From a virus: 64,000 nucleotides of DNA. Of this stretch, positions 10,625-20,743 are shown piece after piece; the first letter of the stretch is position 1; the number at the start of each line of letters is the position of its first letter. A model generated the notes under the pieces. It had not been told where the DNA came from, did not search any database, and saw only the letters and a list, made by a program, of their open reading frames with translations. The stretch covers positions 53,028 to 117,027 of IMG/VR virus record IMGVR_UViG_3300042564_002580. One strand, 5' to 3'. The position numbers and the translations under genes are program-made.

Positions 10625-11392
10625 ATGGCACAAAACATTGGAAATGCAAAAAACATTCTTGTTGGTGCATCACCGCTATTCTTGTCTGTAGACGATTCTA
10701 CAGTTTCAGGATACGATGACAGCATGGAGGCAGGACAAGCAAACGCAGGAACAGCAGCAGTTGGTGCAGTAAAGCCATCCACTCTAGTACCAGCATTTGC
10801 ATCAGGAGTTTCTTACACAGATACTCTAAACGGAGCAACACCAAATAAAGCAGGTGGCGTTACAGCAGCAGCCTACCGCAACGTAGGTTTTACAAACAAC
10901 GGTCTTCAGATCAGCTACCAGCCAACATTCGATTCAGTAACTGTTGATCAGTTGCTCGATACAGCTAAGCTATTTAAGTCTGCGATGATGGTTCAAATTT
11001 CAACAGAAATGGCAGAAGGCACACTAGAAAATATCCTAGCGGTATTTGGCCAGAAGCAAAACACATTGACAGAGAAAAAGGGTGGAACACCAGAAGCAGT
11101 TCTAACAGGACTAGCAGCAGAAGACCACCTTGGACTAGAAGCAGGTGCACTTGGTGCAGCTCCAACAGAGCGTCAGCTAATTGCAGTTGGTCAGGCTCCA
11201 ACATCAGAAGCAACAGCAACAGAGCGTGTATACTATGCACGTCGTGTTCTATCTGTTGAGCAGTCACAGTTCTCTTTGGCTCGCACAGCAGCAACAACAT
11301 TCCCAGTAACATTCCGTTTGCTACCATCAGGTAACTCAGACCACATTGGTTCAGAGTACGGTAAGATTATTGACCGAGTTCTAGCAGTTTAA
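10625..11392 (+). CDS. Major tail tube protein
   Basis: NILVGA, VGFTNNGLQISYQPTF..VTVDQ, TEMAEGTLEN, FPVTFRLLP; strong RBS and downstream terminator. Confidence 0.85.
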   Translation: MAQNIGNAKNILVGASPLFLSVDDSTVSGYDDSMEAGQANAGTAAVGAVKPSTLVPAFASGVSYTDTLNGATPNKAGGVTAAAYRNVGFTNNGLQISYQPTFDSVTVDQLLDTAKLFKSAMMVQISTEMAEGTLENILAVFGQKQNTLTEKKGGTPEAVLTGLAAEDHLGLEAGALGAAPTERQLIAVGQAPTSEATATERVYYARRVLSVEQSQFSLARTAATTFPVTFRLLPSGNSDHIGSEYGKIIDRVLAV

Positions 11393-11412
11393 TTATATTA
11401 ATAATTAATATC

Positions 11413-11438
11413 AAAGCCCCCAAGAAATTGGGGGCTTT
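11413..11438 (+). terminator. Rho-independent terminator after tail tube gene
   Basis: AAAGCCCCCAA-GAAA-TTGGGGGCTTT perfect hairpin. Confidence 0.85.
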
Positions 11439-11442
11439 GCTG

Positions 11443-11471
11443 TTGTACCCGTATAATGGTTATGCTATAAT
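11443..11471 (+). promoter_or_regulatory. Promoter TTGTAC-17-TATAAT with extended -10 (TGC)
   Basis: Directly after the terminator, before the chaperone RBS AAGGAGG. Confidence 0.6.
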
Positions 11472-11499
11472 AATTTAGACGATCCTTAAGGAGGATAAA

Positions 11500-11832
11500 T
11501 TGGCAAGTACAGTATATGATGTAGAAGAGATTGAACTACAAAGCGGAGCTAAAGTAAAGCTCAAGCCATTATCAATCAAGCAGCTACGAAAGTTTATGGA
11601 AGTAATTAAGAAAGTACAAGACGCAGAAGACGAGACTGCAACACTTGGCATTTTGGTTGAAGCATGTGGAGTAGCATTAGAAACTCAACTGCCAGATCTA
11701 GTTGCCGATCTTGACAAGCTCGAAGATGCATTGGATGTTCCAACAATTAACAGAATCCTTGAAGTTTGCGGAGGAATTAAGATGGACGACCCAAACCTAA
11801 TAGCGGCAGCGGTACTGGCTGGTCAGAACTAG
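11500..11832 (+). CDS. Tail assembly chaperone (gpG-like)
   Basis: Between tail tube and tape measure; TTG start with AAGGAGG; contains a slippery heptamer. Confidence 0.85.
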   Translation: MASTVYDVEEIELQSGAKVKLKPLSIKQLRKFMEVIKKVQDAEDETATLGILVEACGVALETQLPDLVADLDKLEDALDVPTINRILEVCGGIKMDDPNLIAAAVLAGQN

Positions 11833-12170
11833 ATTTAGCCGCTTTAGAGGGCCAAGTTTTTCTTTTAGGACATTGGAAGAATTACGAGGAGTTAGAAGAG
11901 AATTTATCAATGCCAGAATTGATTCAGACAATAACTGCAATCAATCAAAAAGAACATAACCAGAGAAAGTTTGCAGCATCACTAAAAGGAATCCAATTAG
12001 ATGATGATGCAGAAGAAGAAAAAGAAAAAGGTTCTACCTTTGAGGATATCCAAAGAAGAGCCCTTGGAATTAAAGCATCAGCAGATGATGTTGTTGGTTT
12101 ACAAGGACCCTTCGCAGCACAAGCTGGATTTGGAATTGGCGCAGGGTTAGGATACTCTAGGAGTAATTAG
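11790..12170 (+). CDS. Tail assembly chaperone -1 frameshift extension (gpGT-like)
   Basis: C-CCA-AAC at 11790-11796; the -1 frame is open from 11790 through the 11910 ORF to the stop at 12170. Confidence 0.8.
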   Translation, partial: PKPNSGSGTGWSELDLAALEGQVFLLGHWKNYEELEENLSMPELIQTITAINQKEHNQRKFAASLKGIQLDDDAEEEKEKGSTFEDIQRRALGIKASADDVVGLQGPFAAQAGFGIGAGLGYSRSN

Positions 12171-15100
12171 TGGCTGACGAACAAATTGTAACCAGTATAG
12201 TCGCCAAAGCCGACTTATCTAGCCTTGTGTCTGAAGTACACAGGGCTAGTTCTAGTCTCCAACAATTACAAAGAGAGTTGCTTGCATCTAACAAGGCAAT
12301 CTCTGCTTCAACAAAATTAGCAAACAACTTATTTAGAGATACTTTAACTAGTAGCGGACAGTTCTCTAGTCACTTCGTAAACCTTAATTCAGATGTAGAT
12401 AAGTTTGGTAAAAACTTAGATGCTGGTAGATTAAAGCTAAAAAACTATTTCCAGACATTTAGAGAACACGCTACAACGCAAAAGGGAATGATCAGAGAGC
12501 TTGCCAAAGAACAGGTAATGCTTCAGAATTCAGTGCTGCAGCCATTAGGCAGAAATGCTCAAGGCTTAATGCAGTACAACGTTATGATCCCAAGAGGATT
12601 AGATGCTGTAAAGAATAGTGCACAGCTGGCTCGTATGGAGCTGCAGATAATGAATCGTGCACTATCTGAAGGAGCTGGATCTTTAATTAACTGGGGTAAA
12701 AATACTCAGTGGGCAGGTCGTCAGCTTACAGTTGGACTTACAGTTCCTCTAACGATGTTTGGTTCTGCCGCAGGAAAAGCATTTAGAGAAGCAGATCAAG
12801 AGCTAGTAAGACTTACAAAGGTTTATGGTGGATTAGCTGCAACATCTGCAGCAGATTTAAAAGCAATTAGAGAAGAAGTAGTACAAACAGCAAAAACTTT
12901 ATCTCAAACAATGGGTGCATCTTTTAAAGACACTATTGCTTTAGGTGCTGATATTGCAGCAACTGGAAAAATGGGCAACGATCTATTAGGCTCAATAGAA
13001 GAGACAACAAGACTGTCCATCCTGGGTGAAGTAGATAGACAAGATGCGATGAAGGCTACACTTTCGATTCAAACCGCATTTAAGCAGAACACAGAACAAC
13101 TTACAGAATCAATTAACTTTCTTAACGCAGTTGAAAACCAGACGTCTACAACTCTTAACGATTTAGTAGAAGCTATTCCAAAAGCTGGTCCAGTTATACA
13201 GCAACTAGGCGGAAGCATTGAAGATTTAGCTTTATACATGACAGCAATGAGAGAAGGCGGTATCAATGCATCTGAAGGAGCAAACGCATTAAAGTCAGGA
13301 CTTGCTTCATTAATTAACCCAACAAAGCAAACAGTTGGAATGATGTCAGATTTTGGCATAGATGTAATGGGAATGGTTGCAAAAAATACTGGAAACACAA
13401 CTGGTCTATTAATAGATTTGCAGGGAGCGCTAGATAAGCTAGATCCACTAAGCAAGGCAAGAGCACTAGAGCAAATGTTTGGTAAGTTCCAGTTTGCAAG
13501 AATGAGCGCATTGCTTAACAACCTTGGAAAAGAAGGAAGCCAGACCCTTCAAGTTATGGATCTTATGAAAGCAAGTACTTCAGATTTGGCGGGAATAGCA
13601 GAGCGAGAATTAGGAATGATTACAGAGTCTGCATCTGGTAAATATAGAAAAGCAATTGAGACTCTCAAAGCCACTCTGGCGGAAGTTGGAGAAGAGTTTT
13701 TAGGTGTTGCTACTAAAATTATAAATGCTGCATCAAAAATATTAGACTTTTTTACTAACCTTCCTAGCCCAATTAAAAAAGCTCTTACATTTATGGCAGG
13801 ATTTACAGCATTAGTAGGTCCACTTATTATGTTAACTGGTGTGCTTGCAAACTTCTTCGGATATATAACAAAAGGAATAGTCCAACTTAGATCTTTCTTT
13901 ATGAGAGCAAATGGTTGGAAAATGCTTACGCCAGAAATTATTGCTGCTCAAAAAGCAGCAGAGATGGTTGAAAACGCATTCTATTCAGATGCAGCAGCAG
14001 CTCAAGTTCTACACAATGCCTTACAGAAGCTTGTTTTAGATTATCAAAATCTTCAGGCTGCATCAATGAAGAATGCAGTCCCAGTAAATCCAGGAGTTAC
14101 CACGGTTGCTGGAAATACAATTGTTGCAGCGGGAAGAAGAGTTGTAGATCCTAACGATCCATATGTTGGCGATCCTAATACTAGAGCGATGTCTCACATT
14201 AGACCGAGAGATCCCAATGCTCCAGCAACTTTATTTGGCGGAGTCCCAGGAGCTATACCAGTAAATAGAGGAATATCAAGAACTCCTCAAATTTATATGA
14301 ACGATAGGCTTCCAAACATTGAAGGATTAACAAGTGTAAAAGGAATATCTACAGGAATTGTTGCCCCAGAAGCAGCTAAATTCCATGCGCTTATGGCAAC
14401 TCTTGGTATGCAAACAGAGCAGGAAGTTGCAATGCTAAAGAAAACAATTGCAATGGGTGGAACTGTAAGTAGAGAGCTACTTGATACATTTGATGACATT
14501 CTACCTATAACACAAAGATTTGCAAATAGCGCAGCAGAACAATCGGCCCTAATAGTTCAACAAATGAGAAATGCAGAAATAACTGTTGATCAAGCAAAGG
14601 CAAGGATACTGGCACTCAATGCACAAATAGAAGCAGATATGGGCGCAGCTGTAAGCATGTATGCAGCTGGTAAAGGAAGATCAATAGATTTAACAAAAGC
14701 TCCTATGATGAATCAGCCAGTTGTTGATGCTAACGGACAATTTACATTAAGAGATTTATACAAAAAAGAATCTAACAGAACAGTAATGGAAGAGTTTGGA
14801 AGAGTGCGTGGAGTTAGAACATTTGGCGCACCGTATAGCATTCAAACAACAAGACTGCCTAAGTTTAATGAAGGTGGAGGAGTCGAAGATTTTGGTCCAG
14901 GGAAGACCATGGTTTCTGGACCGTCTTCAATTAATTATGACGACAGGCTGGGTAGCGTTCCAATCGGAGGCTATGTACTAAATCAATCTGCTTCAATGGA
15001 CCCAGCAAATGCTCCACTTGTTGAAATGGCTGCAGCTACATATGAAGACGGCGGAAAAATAACAGCAGCACTTACCCCACGGGAAGTAGTCTTTGGCCCT

Positions 15101-18100
15101 AGGATTCAAAGAATGCCTGAGCTGTATGCAGCAGTAGATGCAGCAAATAACGGATATAGTTTTGGCGGGCAGATCATGAGAGGCACATATGGATATGGAA
15201 GAGAAAGCGTATTATCAATATGGGCAAGATTAGTTAACTCTAAGGATTATCCAAAAGTTATTAAAGCAGCAACAATTGCCTCTGATGCTGCAATATTGTC
15301 AGCTCTTACTGGAATGGATATTAAAGACGCTACAAAACGCACAACTTCAGATTATGATTCAGCAACAAAGCATGCTAAAAAAGCTGCTAATGCAAATGGA
15401 ACAACAAAACTGGAAGAGTTTGTAAAAGCAAGAACAGCTCAGTTGATTAAATTAAGCAAAGAGCATCCAGATGCAAACTTGATTTTAGATGCCTATTCAA
15501 ATAAAAATAAATATGATCAGTCTGCAAAAGCATCTGGACACAAAAAAATTGATACAACGAACTACACAAGAACAATGCTGTCCGTAGTTGATGATCTAGT
15601 TGCTCAAGGAATTATAAGCCCAGGACAAGCCAAAAAGGTTCTTGGAATTTTAGGTGATGTTTCAGCTTCACCCGATCCTATTCATAAATCTCATTTTATG
15701 ACTGCAAAAGAATCTGCTTCAATCTTTAAGCCAGGAGAGCTAGAAAAGCTACTTGTAGCAGATGGAATGTCAAAAGCCGAAGCAGCAAAGTATGCTGGTA
15801 TTACTGGAGTTAGATCAAACAACTATGTTGGTCAATCTGCAGGATTAATGGGATCTTTTAATACCATGTTTGCTGGAATAGCATCAGGCAAGGGCGGCAA
15901 CTTTAAAGATGAGATTTCTCCATTTCAAGATGAGGCGAAGCGGAATTTTATAGAAGGAATTAAGAAGATTAAAGCTAAGCTAGGTATAAAAGGCAAAACA
16001 ACAATGCCTGAAATTATTAAACAGCTTACTACGCTGAAAATGAAATCTGGAGGTGGAATGTATGGCAGAATGATTCCAACACTCGGTGGAAGGTTAGCTT
16101 CCATGAACAGTTCTTGGATGAGACCATTAACTGGTCCAGCTGTTGGATTTTTTAACGCAGGAGGTCCAGTTGGTCCTGCTGATCTTTCAACAATAGGTAA
16201 CTACGAAGATTCTTCAGGAATATTTCAGCGCAACGTTGGGATGGACCCTAAGCTGGGATTTTTAATGGGGGGAATGATTCCAGGTGGATCTATATCTAGA
16301 GGCAGATCAAATTATGGAAATATTGCTCCTGCCCTAAGATTGCTTGCACCAGATAAACAATTAAAGATTTTAGCAAAGGCAAGAGAATTAAGCTCAAGAG
16401 GATCGCTAGGTAAATTTGCTGATATGCCAGTAACTGAATATGGGCATCAAATTTCTGCAAGCACAGGAATGAGTTATCCCGTACCTGGTGTATCTGGACT
16501 GTATAAAGTCGGTAACAAAAAAGTTTTTGTTAAAGGTGTTCCTAATGAATTAACTGCAGTTCATGAGCCAATTGGCACTCAAATTGCAAGAGATCTTTTT
16601 GGAGTACATTCTCCAGTACAAACAGCTAGAACAGTTGCAAATCCATTAGATCCAACAAAAAAAACCAAGCTACTTGCTCTAGAATCAGATTACGACCCAC
16701 GCTTTGCAAACACTAATGTGCCATGGGATGAAGATACAGTCCTTAGACAGCTTGCTAATTCTCTTCTTTTAAACAACAAAGATTTATCTAGAGCAAACGT
16801 GTATGGTAATTTTAATCCAGATGTTGGACAAGCTGGAGTATTACCTAAAGCATCTGGTAATACACGTCTTGCATCAGCTGATGAAATGAACTCTATGGAA
16901 AAGCAAGCAATGATTAATCTGCTTGCCGTTAAAGGTGGAGCAAGAAAAGATTTTGCACGTGACACTGCCCCAATAATTTCTCAAATGAGCCCAAAAAAAT
17001 ACGGCAAAAAAATGAAAAAGATATTAGAAGATGCCCGTCCAAAATTAGTAAAAATAATAAATGGTTTACCTGTAGATCTTAGACCACCTTATGAAGCAAT
17101 GCTCAAAAGATTGGATGATGGTATCGAGGTTGATTGGAGTAAATATCATGCCGTACATGCTAATCCAAAATATCTTAATGCTGGAGGACCAGTCGGTGGA
17201 GGTCCAGTTAAGAGAAATAGATCTGCTTACGGAAGGCCAGGCAACCCAGCAAAAAGAGCAGCTTGGGAAGCAGAACAACGTGCACAAAGAGAAAGGGATG
17301 CAGCGGCAGCAAGATCTAGAGCAGCATCTCATCAGATAAGTGGACAGCAGGCTTTAACAAGCGGCTTAGGTAGAGAAGCAGTAAGAACAGGTACAACAAG
17401 TTTCTACAACCCTGGTCAGGTAATTGTTAACAACGCCCTTGACCCATTTAGAAACTCTGCAATGATGAAGGCTAGATACCTTGAAGCTGGATTTAATAAC
17501 CTTGCAAATTCTGCAACAAAGGGTGCAGTTACATTAAGATATGGATTGATGACATCTGGAACTCATGTAAAGCAAGCTTATCAAGAGTATACAAAAAAAC
17601 TTGTTAATTCAGGAAGAGCATCACTTGCTACAATGAAAATGAATGCAGCAATAGCGCAAGCCGCTGGAAGCGTTTTTGCATCTGGAGTACGTGCAGAAAA
17701 TGCTGGAAGACTTGGACAAGCTTATCCTGGACAATATAGTATTAATCCCGCAACTGGACTTCCAATAAACACTGCAACTGGAAAGCAAGTTGGAATGATG
17801 AGTGGACCAGCAATTATTGGAAACTGGAAGCAAGCTGGAGATGGTGTCAACAGCAGAAAAGTTGGAACTTTAGGTTTTAGAAAAACAGAGTACATGGTTG
17901 GCGATAAAGTAATGACCGCAGCGCAGATGAAGGCTGCTGGAATGGCTGTTCCTCAAAAGCCAATGGGTATGGGCGGCGGAGCGATGGGCGCATCTATGGC
18001 TGGATCAATGGCTGGTATGGCAATGATGAGCCAAGAAAAAGTTTTGGGTATGAGTGGACAAGCTGCTGGTATGGGAGTTATGGGAGCCGCATCAATATTG

Positions 18101-20743
18101 CCTTTCATAGCTGGACCAGCTATAACTAAAGCTAGGGCTGGTCTTTCAGGATTAGGATCTGGCGTCAAGGCAATTACTGCAGGCACAATGAGTTTAACTA
18201 AAGCTATGCATAATGTTTTAATGGTTGCAAAAGGATTTGGCCCAGTAGGGTTAGCAATAAGCGCAGTTTTTGCAGGCTTTAAGATTTACAAGAAAGTTCA
18301 GGATGATTGGCAAGACGCAAGAATGGGTCTTTCCATGACAGCTAAAGCTGCAGAGCAAGCTGGAGTAAAGTATTTTAACTTGCAAGAAACAATGCAGGGG
18401 TACATAGATAAACAAAAGTTAGCAACAGCAGCCGCAAAGGGTTCAGCAAATAGTTCAATTGGAATGCCTGGTCTTCCTCAGTCTATAGAAGAAATGAAAA
18501 AGGCAAAAGAAGAAGGTAAGGGATTAAAGGATCTAATTGAATCTATTAATAGATCAACTAGTACGCAAGAAACACAAAGACTGGTATCTAATCAAAAAGC
18601 TCAATACATTGCAGCTGGAATGAGTATTGAAGAAGCAAATAAAAAGATATATGGTGCTTTAGCTAATAGCGATAAAGCATCTCAAGCTTATACCATGCTT
18701 GCAAATACAGAATTTGGAGCAATAATAGACAAGTCTTCAGCAGCAGAATTTTCTGTTGGAAACCTTGTAAATACTTTAAGTAAGGGCCCAGGAACTGCCG
18801 ATTGGTATAAGGAAGTCGGGAATGGTTTTGAAGGCCTTATAAACGTTTTCTCTAATGCTACTAAATCTCTAATTGGCACTAAAGACGAGCTTGGAAACGT
18901 TATAGACGAGTATAAAGCATATGAAATGGTTATGTCAAAAGCAGAAGCAAATAATCCTGGAATGAATAAGGAGATTGGTTCAGACGTATATAGTAATCTT
19001 GAAAAGACCCAACCCCTTCTAGCATCAATAACAAATCAAACAGACAGCATAAAGGGAATTTTAGCAAAATGGAAGTTATTTACTTCTGGAATTAATATAG
19101 ATTTAAGTAAGATTGATTCTACCTTAGCAATAAAATTAGCTGGGTTTACATCAGCAATTGGAACAGGTATTGCTGAATTAACTAAAGCTGCTGATAACGC
19201 GACAACATATGGGAAAACTGGAGCAGCCTTAGCTAAGCTACAAAAAACAATCGCTGCAACTTCAGCTGCTTCACAAAGAGCAAATGCAGCTTCTCAAAGA
19301 AGCGCACAGGAAGAATTAAAAGCAATTGCTAAAAAGATTAAGCTTATAGAAGAAGAAAAGAATAAAAAGCTAGAAGCGTTAAGAGCAACTCAAGATGCAT
19401 CAAACTATGCTTTAGAGCTACAAAAGCTACAAATAGAGTATGCCGATGCGGTTTCTCGTGGAGATATGGCAGGAGCTGCATCAGCAAGAATAAGCATTGA
19501 TCAGCTTACATCTAATAGACAAAGCGAGCTTGCGGCTAAAGCCATTGAAGATGCTGCAAATAAAGCCAAAGCGCCTTTAGAAAAAGATGCTGAGCGCATA
19601 CAGGATAGGTCTGATAAAAAAACAATTGCTTTTCAGAATGCCACGGATAATGCCGCATTAGCTGGCGAAATAATGACAACCATTACTGGATTCCAAACAA
19701 AGTATAATGATTTAACAACTAGAGCCATTAACGCAAAGCTTCTTCCTGATAAAGAAAGAGCAGCAGAAGAGTTAAAAATTACTGAAGAGCTAGTAGCTCT
19801 TATTAAGGAAATTCAAAAGGCTGGTTCTGGAAGTACTACATCTGCAAAAACAGTAAGAGAGGCATTCGGCACGTATTTTGATAAAGACGGAAAGCCAATG
19901 TCTCCTGGAACCACAACTTCTGGATCTCCAGTTGGATTTGATAAAAATGGTAAGCCTATATTGTCTAGCACAACAACAGTCAATAAAGGTGTTACAGATG
20001 CATTCCAAAGAGATTTAGCTGCTGTAGAAAAGCTAGCAACAGCAATAACTGGAAATGTAACAATTAAGCAACTTCGTGATGACGTTGTAAAAGCACTAGG
20101 AGGCTACAAGGCACCCGCACCAAAGGGTACTGTTGAATTTGGAAAGGATACAGTTCAGCAAGGTAGAGGAAAAAATGCAATAGAGGCTGCTAAAAACGCA
20201 AGATCTTCTGGATCCTCAAAGATGGTTAGCATTAATGATGTTGTATGGTATAGATTTAGCTGGAATGGGAAAGAGTACATAAGTAATGATTCTGGAACAG
20301 AAGTTTATTCATGGGATGACCAGAAAAAAACTAAGGGTGCTAGAGTTAAGTATGCCAACGGAGGATTAGCTAAAAACTTTGCTCCAGGTGGAGGAGTTTA
20401 TGGTCCAGGAACTGGAACATCAGATTCTATACCAGCAATGTTATCAAATGGTGAATATGTTATTAGGGCTCAATCGGTTCAAGCAATAGGGGTTCCTATG
20501 CTAGACAAGATAAACAAATTAGCAGGCGGAGGAATGGTAAGTTATGATGTTCCTAGGATGTCAAGCGGTGGCCGAATAAGATTTAACGAAGGAGGCCTTG
20601 CTTCATCTGGAAGCACATTGTATAATATCAATGTAGAGCTTAATGGAACTAATCTTACAGCGGATCAAGTTGCTGCATCAATTCATAAAGAAATGAGAAT
20701 TAGAGAAATGGCTGCTGGAGTAAATAGAAGGGTTGGTGGATAA
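12170..20743 (+). CDS. Tape measure protein (2857 aa) with internal cargo domains
   Basis: TP901-type TMP core (AVENQTSTTLNDL..AIPKAG, EGANALKSGL), hydrophobic segments, coiled coils, C-terminal GPGTGTSDSIPAMLSNGEYVI. Confidence 0.93.
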   Translation: MADEQIVTSIVAKADLSSLVSEVHRASSSLQQLQRELLASNKAISASTKLANNLFRDTLTSSGQFSSHFVNLNSDVDKFGKNLDAGRLKLKNYFQTFREHATTQKGMIRELAKEQVMLQNSVLQPLGRNAQGLMQYNVMIPRGLDAVKNSAQLARMELQIMNRALSEGAGSLINWGKNTQWAGRQLTVGLTVPLTMFGSAAGKAFREADQELVRLTKVYGGLAATSAADLKAIREEVVQTAKTLSQTMGASFKDTIALGADIAATGKMGNDLLGSIEETTRLSILGEVDRQDAMKATLSIQTAFKQNTEQLTESINFLNAVENQTSTTLNDLVEAIPKAGPVIQQLGGSIEDLALYMTAMREGGINASEGANALKSGLASLINPTKQTVGMMSDFGIDVMGMVAKNTGNTTGLLIDLQGALDKLDPLSKARALEQMFGKFQFARMSALLNNLGKEGSQTLQVMDLMKASTSDLAGIAERELGMITESASGKYRKAIETLKATLAEVGEEFLGVATKIINAASKILDFFTNLPSPIKKALTFMAGFTALVGPLIMLTGVLANFFGYITKGIVQLRSFFMRANGWKMLTPEIIAAQKAAEMVENAFYSDAAAAQVLHNALQKLVLDYQNLQAASMKNAVPVNPGVTTVAGNTIVAAGRRVVDPNDPYVGDPNTRAMSHIRPRDPNAPATLFGGVPGAIPVNRGISRTPQIYMNDRLPNIEGLTSVKGISTGIVAPEAAKFHALMATLGMQTEQEVAMLKKTIAMGGTVSRELLDTFDDILPITQRFANSAAEQSALIVQQMRNAEITVDQAKARILALNAQIEADMGAAVSMYAAGKGRSIDLTKAPMMNQPVVDANGQFTLRDLYKKESNRTVMEEFGRVRGVRTFGAPYSIQTTRLPKFNEGGGVEDFGPGKTMVSGPSSINYDDRLGSVPIGGYVLNQSASMDPANAPLVEMAAATYEDGGKITAALTPREVVFGPRIQRMPELYAAVDAANNGYSFGGQIMRGTYGYGRESVLSIWARLVNSKDYPKVIKAATIASDAAILSALTGMDIKDATKRTTSDYDSATKHAKKAANANGTTKLEEFVKARTAQLIKLSKEHPDANLILDAYSNKNKYDQSAKASGHKKIDTTNYTRTMLSVVDDLVAQGIISPGQAKKVLGILGDVSASPDPIHKSHFMTAKESASIFKPGELEKLLVADGMSKAEAAKYAGITGVRSNNYVGQSAGLMGSFNTMFAGIASGKGGNFKDEISPFQDEAKRNFIEGIKKIKAKLGIKGKTTMPEIIKQLTTLKMKSGGGMYGRMIPTLGGRLASMNSSWMRPLTGPAVGFFNAGGPVGPADLSTIGNYEDSSGIFQRNVGMDPKLGFLMGGMIPGGSISRGRSNYGNIAPALRLLAPDKQLKILAKARELSSRGSLGKFADMPVTEYGHQISASTGMSYPVPGVSGLYKVGNKKVFVKGVPNELTAVHEPIGTQIARDLFGVHSPVQTARTVANPLDPTKKTKLLALESDYDPRFANTNVPWDEDTVLRQLANSLLLNNKDLSRANVYGNFNPDVGQAGVLPKASGNTRLASADEMNSMEKQAMINLLAVKGGARKDFARDTAPIISQMSPKKYGKKMKKILEDARPKLVKIINGLPVDLRPPYEAMLKRLDDGIEVDWSKYHAVHANPKYLNAGGPVGGGPVKRNRSAYGRPGNPAKRAAWEAEQRAQRERDAAAARSRAASHQISGQQALTSGLGREAVRTGTTSFYNPGQVIVNNALDPFRNSAMMKARYLEAGFNNLANSATKGAVTLRYGLMTSGTHVKQAYQEYTKKLVNSGRASLATMKMNAAIAQAAGSVFASGVRAENAGRLGQAYPGQYSINPATGLPINTATGKQVGMMSGPAIIGNWKQAGDGVNSRKVGTLGFRKTEYMVGDKVMTAAQMKAAGMAVPQKPMGMGGGAMGASMAGSMAGMAMMSQEKVLGMSGQAAGMGVMGAASILPFIAGPAITKARAGLSGLGSGVKAITAGTMSLTKAMHNVLMVAKGFGPVGLAISAVFAGFKIYKKVQDDWQDARMGLSMTAKAAEQAGVKYFNLQETMQGYIDKQKLATAAAKGSANSSIGMPGLPQSIEEMKKAKEEGKGLKDLIESINRSTSTQETQRLVSNQKAQYIAAGMSIEEANKKIYGALANSDKASQAYTMLANTEFGAIIDKSSAAEFSVGNLVNTLSKGPGTADWYKEVGNGFEGLINVFSNATKSLIGTKDELGNVIDEYKAYEMVMSKAEANNPGMNKEIGSDVYSNLEKTQPLLASITNQTDSIKGILAKWKLFTSGINIDLSKIDSTLAIKLAGFTSAIGTGIAELTKAADNATTYGKTGAALAKLQKTIAATSAASQRANAASQRSAQEELKAIAKKIKLIEEEKNKKLEALRATQDASNYALELQKLQIEYADAVSRGDMAGAASARISIDQLTSNRQSELAAKAIEDAANKAKAPLEKDAERIQDRSDKKTIAFQNATDNAALAGEIMTTITGFQTKYNDLTTRAINAKLLPDKERAAEELKITEELVALIKEIQKAGSGSTTSAKTVREAFGTYFDKDGKPMSPGTTTSGSPVGFDKNGKPILSSTTTVNKGVTDAFQRDLAAVEKLATAITGNVTIKQLRDDVVKALGGYKAPAPKGTVEFGKDTVQQGRGKNAIEAAKNARSSGSSKMVSINDVVWYRFSWNGKEYISNDSGTEVYSWDDQKKTKGARVKYANGGLAKNFAPGGGVYGPGTGTSDSIPAMLSNGEYVIRAQSVQAIGVPMLDKINKLAGGGMVSYDVPRMSSGGRIRFNEGGLASSGSTLYNINVELNGTNLTADQVAASIHKEMRIREMAAGVNRRVGG

